In this document: piece after piece, positions 1 to 10,352 of the stretch | Position numbering within the stretch: position 1 is the stretch's first letter | How the letters are laid out: every line of letters begins with the position of its first letter | Source of the DNA: Casimicrobiaceae bacterium | Lineage (GTDB): Bacteria; Pseudomonadota; Gammaproteobacteria; Burkholderiales; Casimicrobiaceae | Direction: 5' to 3' | Length of the DNA: 64,000 nucleotides | NCBI GenBank assembly: GCA_036003195.1 | Contig: DASYSP010000083.1 | Location: 46,054 to 110,053 of the forward strand | The notes under the pieces: generated by a model | The model's input: only the letters and a program-made list of their open reading frames with translations | Told to the model about the DNA's origin: nothing | Databases searched by the model: none | Position numbers and translations under genes: made by a program

Positions 1-2
1 TC

Positions 3-1277
3 GCCGACGACGAGCCCTTCACCGACGCCAGCGCGCTGTTCATCACGCCGGATCACTACGTGTTCCGCATGCTGTACAGCCAGGGCATCGCGCTGGAGGA
101 CCTCGGCATTCCGCGGGTCGATGGTGGGCCGATCGAGACCGACGCACGCAAGATCTGGCGCACGTTCGCCGCGCACTATCACCTGTTCCGCGGCACGCCG
201 TCCCGGCTGTGGCTCGACCACGCGTTCGCCACGCTGTTCGACATCGACCGCAAGCTCGACGCCACCACCGCCGACTGGTATTTCGACCACATCAACGATC
301 GCCTGCGGCGGCCCGAGTTTCGCCCGCGCGCACTGTTCGAGCGCTTCAACATCGAGGTGATCGCGACCACCGAGTCGCCGCTCGACCAGCTCACCCATCA
401 TCGCAAGATCCGCGACAGCGGCTGGGGCGGGCGGGTGATCACCGCCTACCGGCCCGACCCCGTGGTCGACCCGGATTTCCCGGGATTCCGCGACAACGTG
501 GTGCGCCTGGGCGGCCTCACGGGCGAGAACACGCTGCGCTGGAGCGGCTATCTCGCCGCGCACCGCATCCGCCGTGACTATTTCAGGTCGATGGGCGCGA
601 CGTCTACCGATCATGGCCACCCCACCGCGCGCACGTTCAACTTCGACGCCGCGCAATGCCAGCGCCTGCTCGACCGCGCGATGGACGGATCGATCGGCAG
701 CGACGAGGCCGAGGCCTTCCGCGGCCAGATGCTGACCGAGATGGCGCGGATGAGCATCGATGACGGGCTGGTCATGCAGATCCATCCGGGCAGCATGCGC
801 AACCACAATGCCAAGGTGCTGCGCGAGTTCGGCCGCGACAAGGGCGCCGACATGCCCACGCGCACCGACTACGTGCGCGCGCTGGGGCCGTTGCTGGAGC
901 AATTCGGCGACGACCGCCGATTGTCGGTGATCCTGTTCACGCTCGACGAGACCAGTTACTCGCGTGAGCTGGCGCCGCTGGCCGGCCACTATCCGGCGCT
1001 GAAGCTGGGCCCGCCGTGGTGGTTCCACGACAGCGTCGAGGGCATGCAACGATTCCTGTCTTCGGTGGTCGAAACGGCCGGCTTCTACAACACCGTCGGC
1101 TTCAACGATGACACGCGGGCCTTCATGTCGATCCCGGCGCGCCATGATGTATGGCGTCGCATCGCGTGCCGCTTTCTCGCCAGTGCCGTGCTGGAGCACC
1201 GGCTCGACGAGGACGAGGCTTTCGAGCTCGCGCCCGAGCTCGCCTACGGGCTTGCCAAACGCGCCTATCGCCTCTGA
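3..1277 (+). CDS. uxaC: Glucuronate (uronate) isomerase, 5'-truncated by window edge
   Basis: Frame is open from base 3 (ADDEPFTDASALFITPDHYVFRMLYSQG); UxaC motifs TDHGH, MQIHPG, LGPPWWFHDS, GFNDDTRAFMSIPARHD. Confidence 0.92.
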   Translation, partial: ADDEPFTDASALFITPDHYVFRMLYSQGIALEDLGIPRVDGGPIETDARKIWRTFAAHYHLFRGTPSRLWLDHAFATLFDIDRKLDATTADWYFDHINDRLRRPEFRPRALFERFNIEVIATTESPLDQLTHHRKIRDSGWGGRVITAYRPDPVVDPDFPGFRDNVVRLGGLTGENTLRWSGYLAAHRIRRDYFRSMGATSTDHGHPTARTFNFDAAQCQRLLDRAMDGSIGSDEAEAFRGQMLTEMARMSIDDGLVMQIHPGSMRNHNAKVLREFGRDKGADMPTRTDYVRALGPLLEQFGDDRRLSVILFTLDETSYSRELAPLAGHYPALKLGPPWWFHDSVEGMQRFLSSVVETAGFYNTVGFNDDTRAFMSIPARHDVWRRIACRFLASAVLEHRLDEDEAFELAPELAYGLAKRAYRL

Positions 1278-1438
1278 TCGCGCCATCGGCGCGGCGGCGC
1301 GCCGGCCCGCACTGGCGGCCCCGCTGCCTCGATGGCACGGCGCGTTTCGCAGCACCCTGCGCACGCAGCCGAACTTTTCCATGGCGCACGGAGTAACGAC
1401 ATCCGCGTCGCTTGCAACCCTCGCAGGAGACTGAATCG

Positions 1439-1831
1439 ATGTCCAAGGACTGGCTATTGCTTTGCGGGCGCGTGCTGATCGCCGTGCTGTTCGTACCCGG
1501 CGGCTTCTCCAAGATGGGCCACTTCCAGAATACGGTTGCCACCATCGCGCATTCCCCGCTGCCGCTGCCGTCGCTGATGGCCGTCGGCGCGATCGTCGTC
1601 GAGTTCGGCGTCGGGCTGGCGTTCCTCGTCGGCTGGAAGGCGCGGTGGGCGGCGCTGATCCTCGCGGTATTCACACTCGTGGCCGGGGTGATCTTCCACA
1701 ACTTCTGGGCGGCGGGGGACGCGCAGGTGGCGATGCAAAAGATCAATTTCATGAAGAATCTCGCGATCGCCGGCGGCCTGTTCTTCGCCTACGTCTTCGG
1801 GCCGGGGCGCCTGTCGCTCGACCGGGGCTGA
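1439..1831 (+). CDS. DoxX family membrane protein
   Basis: AGGAGA SD at 1425-1430 precedes ATG 1439; four hydrophobic segments; DoxX-like motifs GRVLIAVLF..GG..K, FHNFW, FMKNLAIAGGL. Confidence 0.85.
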   Translation: MSKDWLLLCGRVLIAVLFVPGGFSKMGHFQNTVATIAHSPLPLPSLMAVGAIVVEFGVGLAFLVGWKARWAALILAVFTLVAGVIFHNFWAAGDAQVAMQKINFMKNLAIAGGLFFAYVFGPGRLSLDRG

Positions 1832-1877
1832 GGCTCAGGCCGGCAGCGCCGCGGCCATCGGCGCGTGCGGCGTCGCA

Positions 1878-2330
1878 TCATTCGCGCGCGCGGGAATCGA
1901 GAACGAGGGTCACCGGACCGTCGTTGACGAGCGCGATCGCCATGTCCGCGCCGAAGCGGCCGGTCGCCACCGGCTTGCCAAGCGCCGCCGTGAGCGCCAC
2001 GACGAGGCTCCCGAACAACGGCGCCGCGATTGCGGGGGGCGCTGCGCGCGACCACGACGGCCGGTTGCCTTGTCGCGTCGACGCGTAGAGCGTGAATTGC
2101 GATACCACCAGCAGCTCGCCGCCCATGTCGAGAATCGAGCGGTTCATCGTGCCCGTGTCGTCGGCGAACACGCGCATCAGCACGATCTTGCGTGCGAGCC
2201 ACTCGACATCGTCGCGGCTGTCGTCGGCGAGCACCCCGGCGAGCACCAGCAGGCCAGGCCCGATCGAGGCGATGGCGGCATCGTCGACGGCAACGCTCGC
2301 ATGGCGCACGCGCTGCAGCACCGCCCTCAT
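1878..2330 (-). CDS. dtd: D-aminoacyl-tRNA deacylase
   Basis: MRAVLQRV start, VSQFTL, GNRPS, FGADM, NDGPVT signature motifs; the ORF-track extension to 2774 is spurious. Confidence 0.95.
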   Translation of the reverse strand: MRAVLQRVRHASVAVDDAAIASIGPGLLVLAGVLADDSRDDVEWLARKIVLMRVFADDTGTMNRSILDMGGELLVVSQFTLYASTRQGNRPSWSRAAPPAIAAPLFGSLVVALTAALGKPVATGRFGADMAIALVNDGPVTLVLDSRARE

Positions 2331-2872
2331 CGCGAGGGCTTGCGGTCGACCTGTGTCAATTGCCCGGACTGGATATGCAGCGTGGTGATCATTCCCGGGT
2401 CGCCGTCGGTCGGCAGGTAGGACCAGCGCGCACCGCTCCGGCTGTCGGCATTGCCGCTCTTGATGTCGGGCGCACCGATACGTGCGAGCACCTCGGCGTC
2501 GCTCATGCCGGTATGCAGGAAGCGCCGCTCGGCGGCATTGCCGGGGGGGATGCCGGGCTTGATGTGCGCGCGGGTGGTGGTCGTCGTCGGCGTGTCGGAG
2601 GCCTTGCCGCCGTGCTTCGAGGCCTTCGGCGTGGATGGCGCCGGCGCGGCGGCGGGCGGCGGCGCGAACGGCACGACGGACACGTTGGCAGGATCGGCCT
2701 GGAAATCCCGCATCTCGCGTCCCTTGGGGCAGGGGCTGTCCTGGTAGACCGGCTGGCTGTTGTCGCCCAGGCATTTGTAGATGTCGGCGCGGGCGCCAGG
2801 TGCGACGCCGATGCCGGCAAGAAGGCCAATCGCGAGCACCAGCGCGTGGGCCTGTGGGAGTGCGTGCCGCAT
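2327..2872 (-). CDS. Secreted DUF4124-domain protein with C-terminal SmpA/OmlA(BamE)-like repeat
   Basis: Signal peptide, then ADIYKC...VYQDSPCP (DUF4124-like); Pro/Ala/Thr linker; [15 protein letters not shown] and W.Y motif; stop overlaps dtd start (ATGA). Confidence 0.7.
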   Translation of the reverse strand: MRHALPQAHALVLAIGLLAGIGVAPGARADIYKCLGDNSQPVYQDSPCPKGREMRDFQADPANVSVVPFAPPPAAAPAPSTPKASKHGGKASDTPTTTTTRAHIKPGIPPGNAAERRFLHTGMSDAEVLARIGAPDIKSGNADSRSGARWSYLPTDGDPGMITTLHIQSGQLTQVDRKPSR

Positions 2873-2919
2873 GGGATTACGATAGCGCCTTTCGCAGGAT
2901 GGTTCCGCTAGGCCGTTCG

Positions 2920-4110
2920 ATGGACGACGTACCGCCGCTCGCAGGCAGGATCGACGCGATCGCCCCGTTCCATGTCATGGAGGTGCAAACGGCGGCGCGC
3001 GCACTCGAAGCCCGCGGCGTCGACGTCGTGCACATGGAGATCGGCGAACCCGACTTTCCGACCCCCCAGCCCGTCGCGGCGGCAGCGAAACAGGCACTCG
3101 ACGACGGCGCCATCTACTACACGTCGGCACTCGGCCTGCCGGCCTTGCGCGAGGCGATCGCCGGGCACTATCGCAGTCATTACGGCGCCGAAGTCGATGC
3201 TGCACGCGTGATCGTCACCGCCGGCTCGTCGGCGGCCCTGCTGCTGGTGCTGGGGCTGATCGTCGATCGCGACAGCGCCATCATGATGGCGGACCCCAAC
3301 TATCCGTGCAACCGGCATTTCGTGCGCACCCTCGAAGGCGTGCCGCAGCCGGTGGCCGTCGATGCCGCCACGCGCTATCAGCTCACCGCGGAACTGGTGG
3401 CGCGCCACTGGACCGAAGCCACGCGCGGCGTGCTCGTCGCCACGCCGTCCAATCCCACCGGCACGACCGTCGCCGGCGACGAGCTCGCGCGCATCGCCGC
3501 CGTGGCGGCGGCGCGCCGCGGCCATCTTGTCGTCGACGAGATCTACCTCGGGCTCACGTACGGCGCCGCGCCACGCTCGGCTGTCGCGGTGAGCGACGAA
3601 GCCTTCGTCATTTCGAGCTTCTCCAAGTACTTCAACATGACCGGCTGGCGGCTGGGATGGATCGTCGCGCCACGCCGCCACGTGCGCGATCTCGAGAAGC
3701 TCGCACAGAACCTGTACATCTCGCCGCCGACGCTGTCGCAGCGCGCGGCGCTGGCCTGCTTCACGCCCGCCTCGATGGCGATCGTCGAGACCCGGCGGCG
3801 GGCGTTCGAGGCCCGCCGCGACTATCTGGTCGGCGCGCTGCGCGAGCTCGGATTCGGCGTGCCGGTGATGCCCACGGGCGGTTTCTTCGTCTACGCCGAT
3901 TGCTCGCGTTTTTCGCAGGACTCGGCCGCGTTCTGCCGGGACATGCTCGCCGCCACCGGCGTGGCGGTCACGCCCGGCGTCGATTTCGGCACGCATCGGG
4001 CGGCGATGCACGTGCGCTTCGCCTACACCATCGACCAGGCCAAGATCGAGAAGGGCATCGCGCGGCTGCGCACATGGCTGGTCGATCGCCGGGCGGTCGT
4101 GAATGCGTAG
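2920..4110 (+). CDS. Class I/II PLP-dependent aminotransferase
   Basis: HMEIGEPDF, SNPTG, VDEIY, SFSKYFNMTGWRLGW (PLP lysine); start 2920 or 2899. Confidence 0.92.
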   Translation: MDDVPPLAGRIDAIAPFHVMEVQTAARALEARGVDVVHMEIGEPDFPTPQPVAAAAKQALDDGAIYYTSALGLPALREAIAGHYRSHYGAEVDAARVIVTAGSSAALLLVLGLIVDRDSAIMMADPNYPCNRHFVRTLEGVPQPVAVDAATRYQLTAELVARHWTEATRGVLVATPSNPTGTTVAGDELARIAAVAAARRGHLVVDEIYLGLTYGAAPRSAVAVSDEAFVISSFSKYFNMTGWRLGWIVAPRRHVRDLEKLAQNLYISPPTLSQRAALACFTPASMAIVETRRRAFEARRDYLVGALRELGFGVPVMPTGGFFVYADCSRFSQDSAAFCRDMLAATGVAVTPGVDFGTHRAAMHVRFAYTIDQAKIEKGIARLRTWLVDRRAVVNA

Positions 4111-5200
4111 TCGGGGGCGCGCGCTGCTGGCGGCGCTCGTCGGCGCCACGCTCGCCGGCTGCAGCGCGATCGATTTCTATTGGCAGGGGCTGCATGGCCA
4201 ATACGAGATCCTCGCCGGGGCACGGCCCATCGCCGAGGCCATCGGCGACGCTTCCGATCCGCGCGTCAAGGCTCGCCTCGAGCTCGCCGAAAGGATCCGC
4301 GACTTCGCCACGCACGCGCTCGCGCTGCCGGCGAACGACAGCTATCGCCGCTACACCGATCTCGGCCGGCCGTACGTCCTGTACAACGTCTTCGCCACGC
4401 CCGCGCTGTCGCTCGCGCCGCGCGCGTGGTGCTACCCGATCGCGGGCTGCGTCAACTACCGCGGCTATTTCGACGAGGCCGATGCGCGCGCCGAGGCGGC
4501 CAGGCTCAAGGCTGCCGGCGACGACATCTACATCGGCGGCGTGCCGGCGTACTCGACGCTGGGCTGGTTCGACGATCCGATCCTGTCGACATTCGTGCGC
4601 TATCCGGAAACAGAGTTCGCCAGGCTCATCTTCCACGAGCTCGCGCATCAGCTCATTTACGTCAAAGGCGACACGCTGTTCAACGAGTCGTACGCAACGG
4701 CCGTTTCGGACGAGGGGCTGGAGCGCTGGATCGCCGCGCAGCCGGCCGACATGCGCGCGCGCCTCGACGCCGATCGCCTGCGCAGCGAAAGGCTCAGGGG
4801 TGAATTCCGCCGCATCATCGGCGACGCGCGCATGAAGCTCGAGACACTCTATGCGTCAGGCGAGCCGGCGATGGAGAAGGCGTCGGCCAAACGCGCGATC
4901 TTCGCGGCGATGCGCGCCGACTACGATCGCGTCAGGGCCGGTGAGCCCGGACTTGCCGGTTTCGATCGATGGTTCGCCGGCGATGACGGCAAGGGGCCGA
5001 ATAATGCGAGCCTCGCGGCTATCGCGCTGTATACGACGTGGGTGCCGGCGTTTCGCAGGATGATCGCCGACGCGCATGGCGACCTGCCACGCTTCTACGA
5101 CCATGTGCGGGCGCTGGCGATGTTGCCGAAGCCGCAACGCGACGCCGCGCTCGACGCGCTTGCAGGCGCGACACCGACACGCGACGGCGGCGCCGACTGA
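4103..5200 (+). CDS. Predicted zinc aminopeptidase lipoprotein (Aminopep/DUF2265-like)
   Basis: Lipobox LAGC; WCYPIAGCV.YRGYF, AYSTLGWF.DP, IFHELAHQ (HExxH), FNES.A. Confidence 0.8.
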   Translation: MRSRGRALLAALVGATLAGCSAIDFYWQGLHGQYEILAGARPIAEAIGDASDPRVKARLELAERIRDFATHALALPANDSYRRYTDLGRPYVLYNVFATPALSLAPRAWCYPIAGCVNYRGYFDEADARAEAARLKAAGDDIYIGGVPAYSTLGWFDDPILSTFVRYPETEFARLIFHELAHQLIYVKGDTLFNESYATAVSDEGLERWIAAQPADMRARLDADRLRSERLRGEFRRIIGDARMKLETLYASGEPAMEKASAKRAIFAAMRADYDRVRAGEPGLAGFDRWFAGDDGKGPNNASLAAIALYTTWVPAFRRMIADAHGDLPRFYDHVRALAMLPKPQRDAALDALAGATPTRDGGAD

Positions 5201-5283
5201 CACGACGCTGCCGCAGCATGCATTGCGGCGTGGCGTCGCGGATGCCAAACTCGGCATGTCGATTTTACCGAAAGAGCCCTCCG

Positions 5284-5949
5284 ATGCGCCTATTGCGATT
5301 CCTCGCCTTGGCCGGCTTCGTCGCGGTGCCACTTGGCGCCGCCGCCCAGAGTGCGTATACGACCACGGCGGTCAACATGCGCGCCGGACCCGATCCCACG
5401 TATCCGCTGGTGACCCGCCTGGCGCCCGGCACGCCCCTCACTGTGGGCGGCTGCCTGCAAAGCTATACCTGGTGCGATGTCTACACCGGGAACGTGCGCG
5501 GGTGGGTGTACGCGAGCTATCTGACCTACCCTTATCAGTCCGGTGCGGTACCGATCTATTCCTACGGTCCGGCGCTTGGCCTGCCGATCATCACGTTCTC
5601 GATCGGCTCCTACTGGGACAACTACTACCGCGGGCGGCCCTTCTACGGCAACCGCAACTACTGGTACAACCACCCCTACCACGCACCGGGACCACGATTC
5701 GCCCACGACTGGCATGCGCCGCCACCGCCACGCGGGCCGTCGCACTACTATCCGCAGCAGGCGCACGACAACCACGGCCACGATGGCGGCAACTATCGCC
5801 CGCCGTCCAACGCCGGCAATCATCCGCCGCCCTACGCGGGGAACCGGCCCCCGCCACAGGGCCATCCCGAAGGGTCGCGCCCGGACGGCACGTATCGATC
5901 GACCCCGGGCACGCGCAACAACGCCGCCGGCGGCGAAGCGGGCGGCTGA
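5284..5949 (+). CDS. Secreted bacterial SH3-domain protein with low-complexity Pro/His/Gly/Asn tail
   Basis: Signal peptide; VNMRAGP...GC...WCDV...GWVYA.YL (SH3_3/YraI-like); aromatic YWDNYY segment; repetitive tail. Confidence 0.8.
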   Translation: MRLLRFLALAGFVAVPLGAAAQSAYTTTAVNMRAGPDPTYPLVTRLAPGTPLTVGGCLQSYTWCDVYTGNVRGWVYASYLTYPYQSGAVPIYSYGPALGLPIITFSIGSYWDNYYRGRPFYGNRNYWYNHPYHAPGPRFAHDWHAPPPPRGPSHYYPQQAHDNHGHDGGNYRPPSNAGNHPPPYAGNRPPPQGHPEGSRPDGTYRSTPGTRNNAAGGEAGG

Positions 5950-5981
5950 CCCCGCCGGGGTCTGACCCTGAGCCTGAATGC

Positions 5982-6012
5982 AACGGCGCGCCGAGGAAGG
6001 CGCGCCGTTTTG
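5982..6012 (+). terminator. Intrinsic terminator between convergent SH3 and vWA genes
   Basis: Stem AACGGCGCGCC (5982-5992)/GGCGCGCCGTT (5999-6009), 6-nt loop, short T run. Confidence 0.7.
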
Positions 6013-6048
6013 CTGCCCGATCGAATGGCAGGCCTGAGGCAGTCGCCG

Positions 6049-7089
6049 CTACAGCACGCGCTGGTACCACCACATCGACAGACCGACGGCGCACAGCACC
6101 AGCAGCGCGCCCAGCGCCGCAAAGAAGGCGGTGACCTCGGTGTCCTTCTTCTCGAACACGAGCTTCGAATTGAGGTCCTGGTAGACCTTCTTGAGGTCGA
6201 CCGCAGTCCCTGCGTAGAAATAATCGCCATGCGTGGTTTCGGCGATGGCCTTCAATGCGTCTTCGTCGAGCCGCACGCGCATCGACCAGCCTTCGCTGCC
6301 GATGATCTCGCCGTTGACCGTGCCGACGCCGACCGTGAACACGCGCACGCCGCGCTCCGCCGCCATCTTCGCCGCCTCGCGCGGGTCCGGACCGGTGGTG
6401 GTCTGGCCATCGGTGAGCAGGATGATCGCCGCGGAGCTGTACGAGCCGGGCGCCACCGGCTTTGGCGGCACGGCGTCCGGCCGGGACTCGCCGAGCGCGG
6501 CGCCACGGCGCGGATCGCCGCGCGGATTGTAGGTATTGAGGTTGTACTCGATCTCGGGGAACAGCATCTTCAGCGCGACGAGCAGTCCGCTCCCCACGGC
6601 AGTCCCGCGCTGCAGCTCGAAGCGGTCGATCGCGGCGTCGAGATCGTCGCGCGACTGCGTGGTCGGCTGCACGACGGTCGCGGTGGCAGCGAAGGCGACG
6701 ATGCCGATGCGCATGTTCGCGGGCGTGTCGTGGATGAACGCCTTGGCGGCAGCCTGCGCGGCCTCGAGGCGGCTCGGCAGCACGTCCGCGGCGCGCATGC
6801 TGCCCGAGACGTCCATCGCCAGGATGATGGTCTCGTGCTGCGATGGCAGCGTCACCGTCGCGGTCGGGCGTGCCGTGGCGATGATCAGCGCGGCGAGCGC
6901 GAGCAGCATCAGCGCGGGCGGGATGTGGCGCCGCAGCTTGTTGCCCTTGCCCAGCGCCTCGTTGACGATCGCGAGGCTGGCGTAGCGCAGCGCGCGTTTT
7001 TGCCGCCGGCGCAGCATCATGACGTAGAGGAAGACGAGCACGGGCAGGATCGCCGCAAGCCACAGCCATTCGGGCCAGATGAATTTCAC
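6049..7089 (-). CDS. vWA-domain membrane protein (BatA-like)
   Basis: N-terminal BatA-like TM segment; MIDAS DVSGSM, GTAVG, LLTDG; C-terminal TM helix. Confidence 0.88.
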   Translation of the reverse strand: MKFIWPEWLWLAAILPVLVFLYVMMLRRRQKRALRYASLAIVNEALGKGNKLRRHIPPALMLLALAALIIATARPTATVTLPSQHETIILAMDVSGSMRAADVLPSRLEAAQAAAKAFIHDTPANMRIGIVAFAATATVVQPTTQSRDDLDAAIDRFELQRGTAVGSGLLVALKMLFPEIEYNLNTYNPRGDPRRGAALGESRPDAVPPKPVAPGSYSSAAIILLTDGQTTTGPDPREAAKMAAERGVRVFTVGVGTVNGEIIGSEGWSMRVRLDEDALKAIAETTHGDYFYAGTAVDLKKVYQDLNSKLVFEKKDTEVTAFFAALGALLVLCAVGLSMWWYQRVL

Positions 7090-8004
7090 GACGCGGCCCT
7101 GAGATGCGCCGCCAGCGGGCGGCCCGCGGCGGCCTGCGCGCGGCGGCCGCGCAGATCGGCGAAGCGCAGCAGCGACTCGGTGAGATCGTCGACGGTGGAC
7201 AATTCGAGCGCATCGACGCCGGCGGTCGTGAGGCCCTCGCGCAATTCCCGCTCGCGGCGGTCGGCGATGGTGGCGAAGCGCTTGCGGAAGCCGCGGTCGT
7301 GCGTGTCGACGAACACCTGCTCGCCGGTTTCGGCGTCCTCGATCACCATGAGGCCGATGTCGGGCAGCGCCATCTCCAGCGGGTCGTACAGGCGCACCGC
7401 GACCACGTCGTGGCGGTGCGCCAACGCCGCCAGCGGCTTCTGCCAGCCGGGAGCGCTGACGAAGTCGGAGACCACGAACACCAGGCTGCGGCGCTTGAGA
7501 GCGCCTTGCGCAGCCGACAGCAGGTCACCGAGCCGCGTACCTTCGCGCGATGTGCGCGGCGCGGACGCCGTGCGCTCGATCGCGCGCATCAATGCAAGCA
7601 CGTGGCGGCGACCGCTGCGCGGCACCAGCACGGTGTCGACGCGGTCGGTGTACAGCATGGCGCCGACGCGGTTGCCGTGGCGGGTCAGCACGCGCGCGAG
7701 CACGGCGACGAGGTCGCGTGCGACGCCGGATTTCAGCATGGCCTGCGAGCCGAAGTCCACCGAGGCCGACAAGTCGAGCAGGAACCACGCGGTGAGGTCG
7801 CGCTCCTCGTTGAACTCGCGGACATAGGGCGTGGCGAGGCGCGCGGTGACGTTCCAGTCGATATGCCGGACGTCATCGTGGAACTGGTATTCGCGCAAGT
7901 CGGCGAGGTCGAGTCCGCTGCCGCGGAAGAAAGTCCGGTAGTCGCCGTGCAGCAGGCCGTCGAGGCGGCGCAACACCGTCCACTCGAGGCGACGCAGGAC
8001 GGTG

Positions 8005-8030
<26 letters not shown>
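7086..8030 (-). CDS. DUF58 domain protein
   Basis: G.YRT.FRGSGLDLADLREYQ..DDVRHIDWNVTAR, YVREF.EER, DLSASVDFGS, VVSDF. Confidence 0.9.
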
Positions 8031-9030
<1,000 letters not shown>

Positions 9031-9120
9031 GGCGTCTCGCGGAGGGTGGCAAGGGTGCGACGGTGCGGCGACGGTCGATGCGCATGCGGCCCGGATGTCA
9101 CGCTGCCTCCCGGCCCCGGT

Positions 9121-10116
9121 TCAGAACGGCGACAAACCGACGGCCGCGGCCGCGTTCTCGATGGGCACCGCGAAACCGATGCCGATGAAAACGCGCTGGT
9201 CGGTCGGATTGAAGATGCCCGTGACGATGCCGACGACCTCGCCGTCCGCCGTGACCAGCGGGCCGCCGGAATTGCCGGGATTGGCGGCGGCGTCGAACTG
9301 GATCAGGTTGGTCAACATCTTGTTGCCTTCCGGCGAATGATATTCGCGGCGCAGTCCCGACACGATGCCGGCCGACGCCGATGGCCCGATGCCGAACGGG
9401 TAGCCGATCGCCACCACCTGGTCGCCGACGCTCAGGTCGGCGGTCGACCGCAGCGTCGCCGCCGGCAGGTCGTCGGGAACGATGCGCGACTTGAGCACGG
9501 CGAGATCGTTCTCGGGCTGGGTGTTGACGACGTCGGCGGGCGACTCCGTGCCGTCGGCGAACGTCACCACGATGGCTTCCGCGCCGTCGATCACATGCAG
9601 GTTGGTGAGGATCAGGCCCGAGGCGACGATGACCACGCCGGTGCCGACGCCGATCCGGTAGAGCTCGTCGGGGTCGTCGGCCTCGGCGCGCGGATGCTCG
9701 CCGTCCTTCGGCTTCGTGACCGTGGCGCGGGGCCGGGTCGCAGTCTTGGCGCCCGGCTTGGCCTCCGCCGCGACATGGCGAAGTCCACGCACATGCACCA
9801 CGGAGGGACGCACCGCCGCATATGCCTTCTGCGCCATGGAAGGCAGCGGCGTGTTGTCCAGCGTGTGCAGCACCGCGGCGTCGATGTCCTTCTGCGTCAG
9901 CGGCCGCGGTTGCGTGCGCGTGACGGCATATACGGCAACGGCCAGCGCGAGCAGCGCGCAGCTGAATAGCGCGAGCGGCATGCGCACCCGGCGCCAGCGC
10001 ACGCGCCAGGGCGTGCGTGCCACGGGCGCCACAGTGGCGCTGTTGCCGGGTTGCAACTCCACGCGCGCAACGTCGGATGCGCGGTGGGAGCGGCTGTAAA
10101 GCGGCGGCTTTCGCAT
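9121..10116 (-). CDS. Membrane-anchored trypsin-like (S1C) serine protease lacking PDZ domain
   Basis: TM helix; GTGVV, LTNLHV (His), DLAVL (Asp), QFDAAANPGNSGGPL (Ser); protein ends right after the protease domain. Start 10116 or 10137. Confidence 0.88.
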   Translation of the reverse strand: MRKPPLYSRSHRASDVARVELQPGNSATVAPVARTPWRVRWRRVRMPLALFSCALLALAVAVYAVTRTQPRPLTQKDIDAAVLHTLDNTPLPSMAQKAYAAVRPSVVHVRGLRHVAAEAKPGAKTATRPRATVTKPKDGEHPRAEADDPDELYRIGVGTGVVIVASGLILTNLHVIDGAEAIVVTFADGTESPADVVNTQPENDLAVLKSRIVPDDLPAATLRSTADLSVGDQVVAIGYPFGIGPSASAGIVSGLRREYHSPEGNKMLTNLIQFDAAANPGNSGGPLVTADGEVVGIVTGIFNPTDQRVFIGIGFAVPIENAAAAVGLSPF

Positions 10117-10148
10117 GGCGATCTTGCGCGGGCGCAAGCTTCGATGCC

Positions 10149-10178
10149 ATTGTGCGCATAACGTTCCCGCGCGTGCAA
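10149..10178 (-). promoter_or_regulatory. Candidate sigma70 promoter for protease-moxR operon
   Basis: Minus strand TTGCAC (10178-10173), 18 nt, CACAAT (10154-10149). Confidence 0.4.
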
Positions 10179-10352
10179 ACCCTTTTGTACAAACGGCCGC
10201 GCCGGTGGGGCAGCCGCCCGCGGCGGTGCGCCGGCAGCATCGTCAACCGGCAACCCGGACTTCGCGCGAACGCGGCGGCGCGGCGCCGATGCGCGTGTTG
10301 CGCCGCACGCGCGAGCTTGCGAAGTGGCGCGCGAACGACGCGCGGTGGCCGC

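Noticed and set aside
1333..1350. TGGCACG as a sigma54 -24 element upstream of doxX
   Set aside because: No TTGC/GC at the required -12 spacing.
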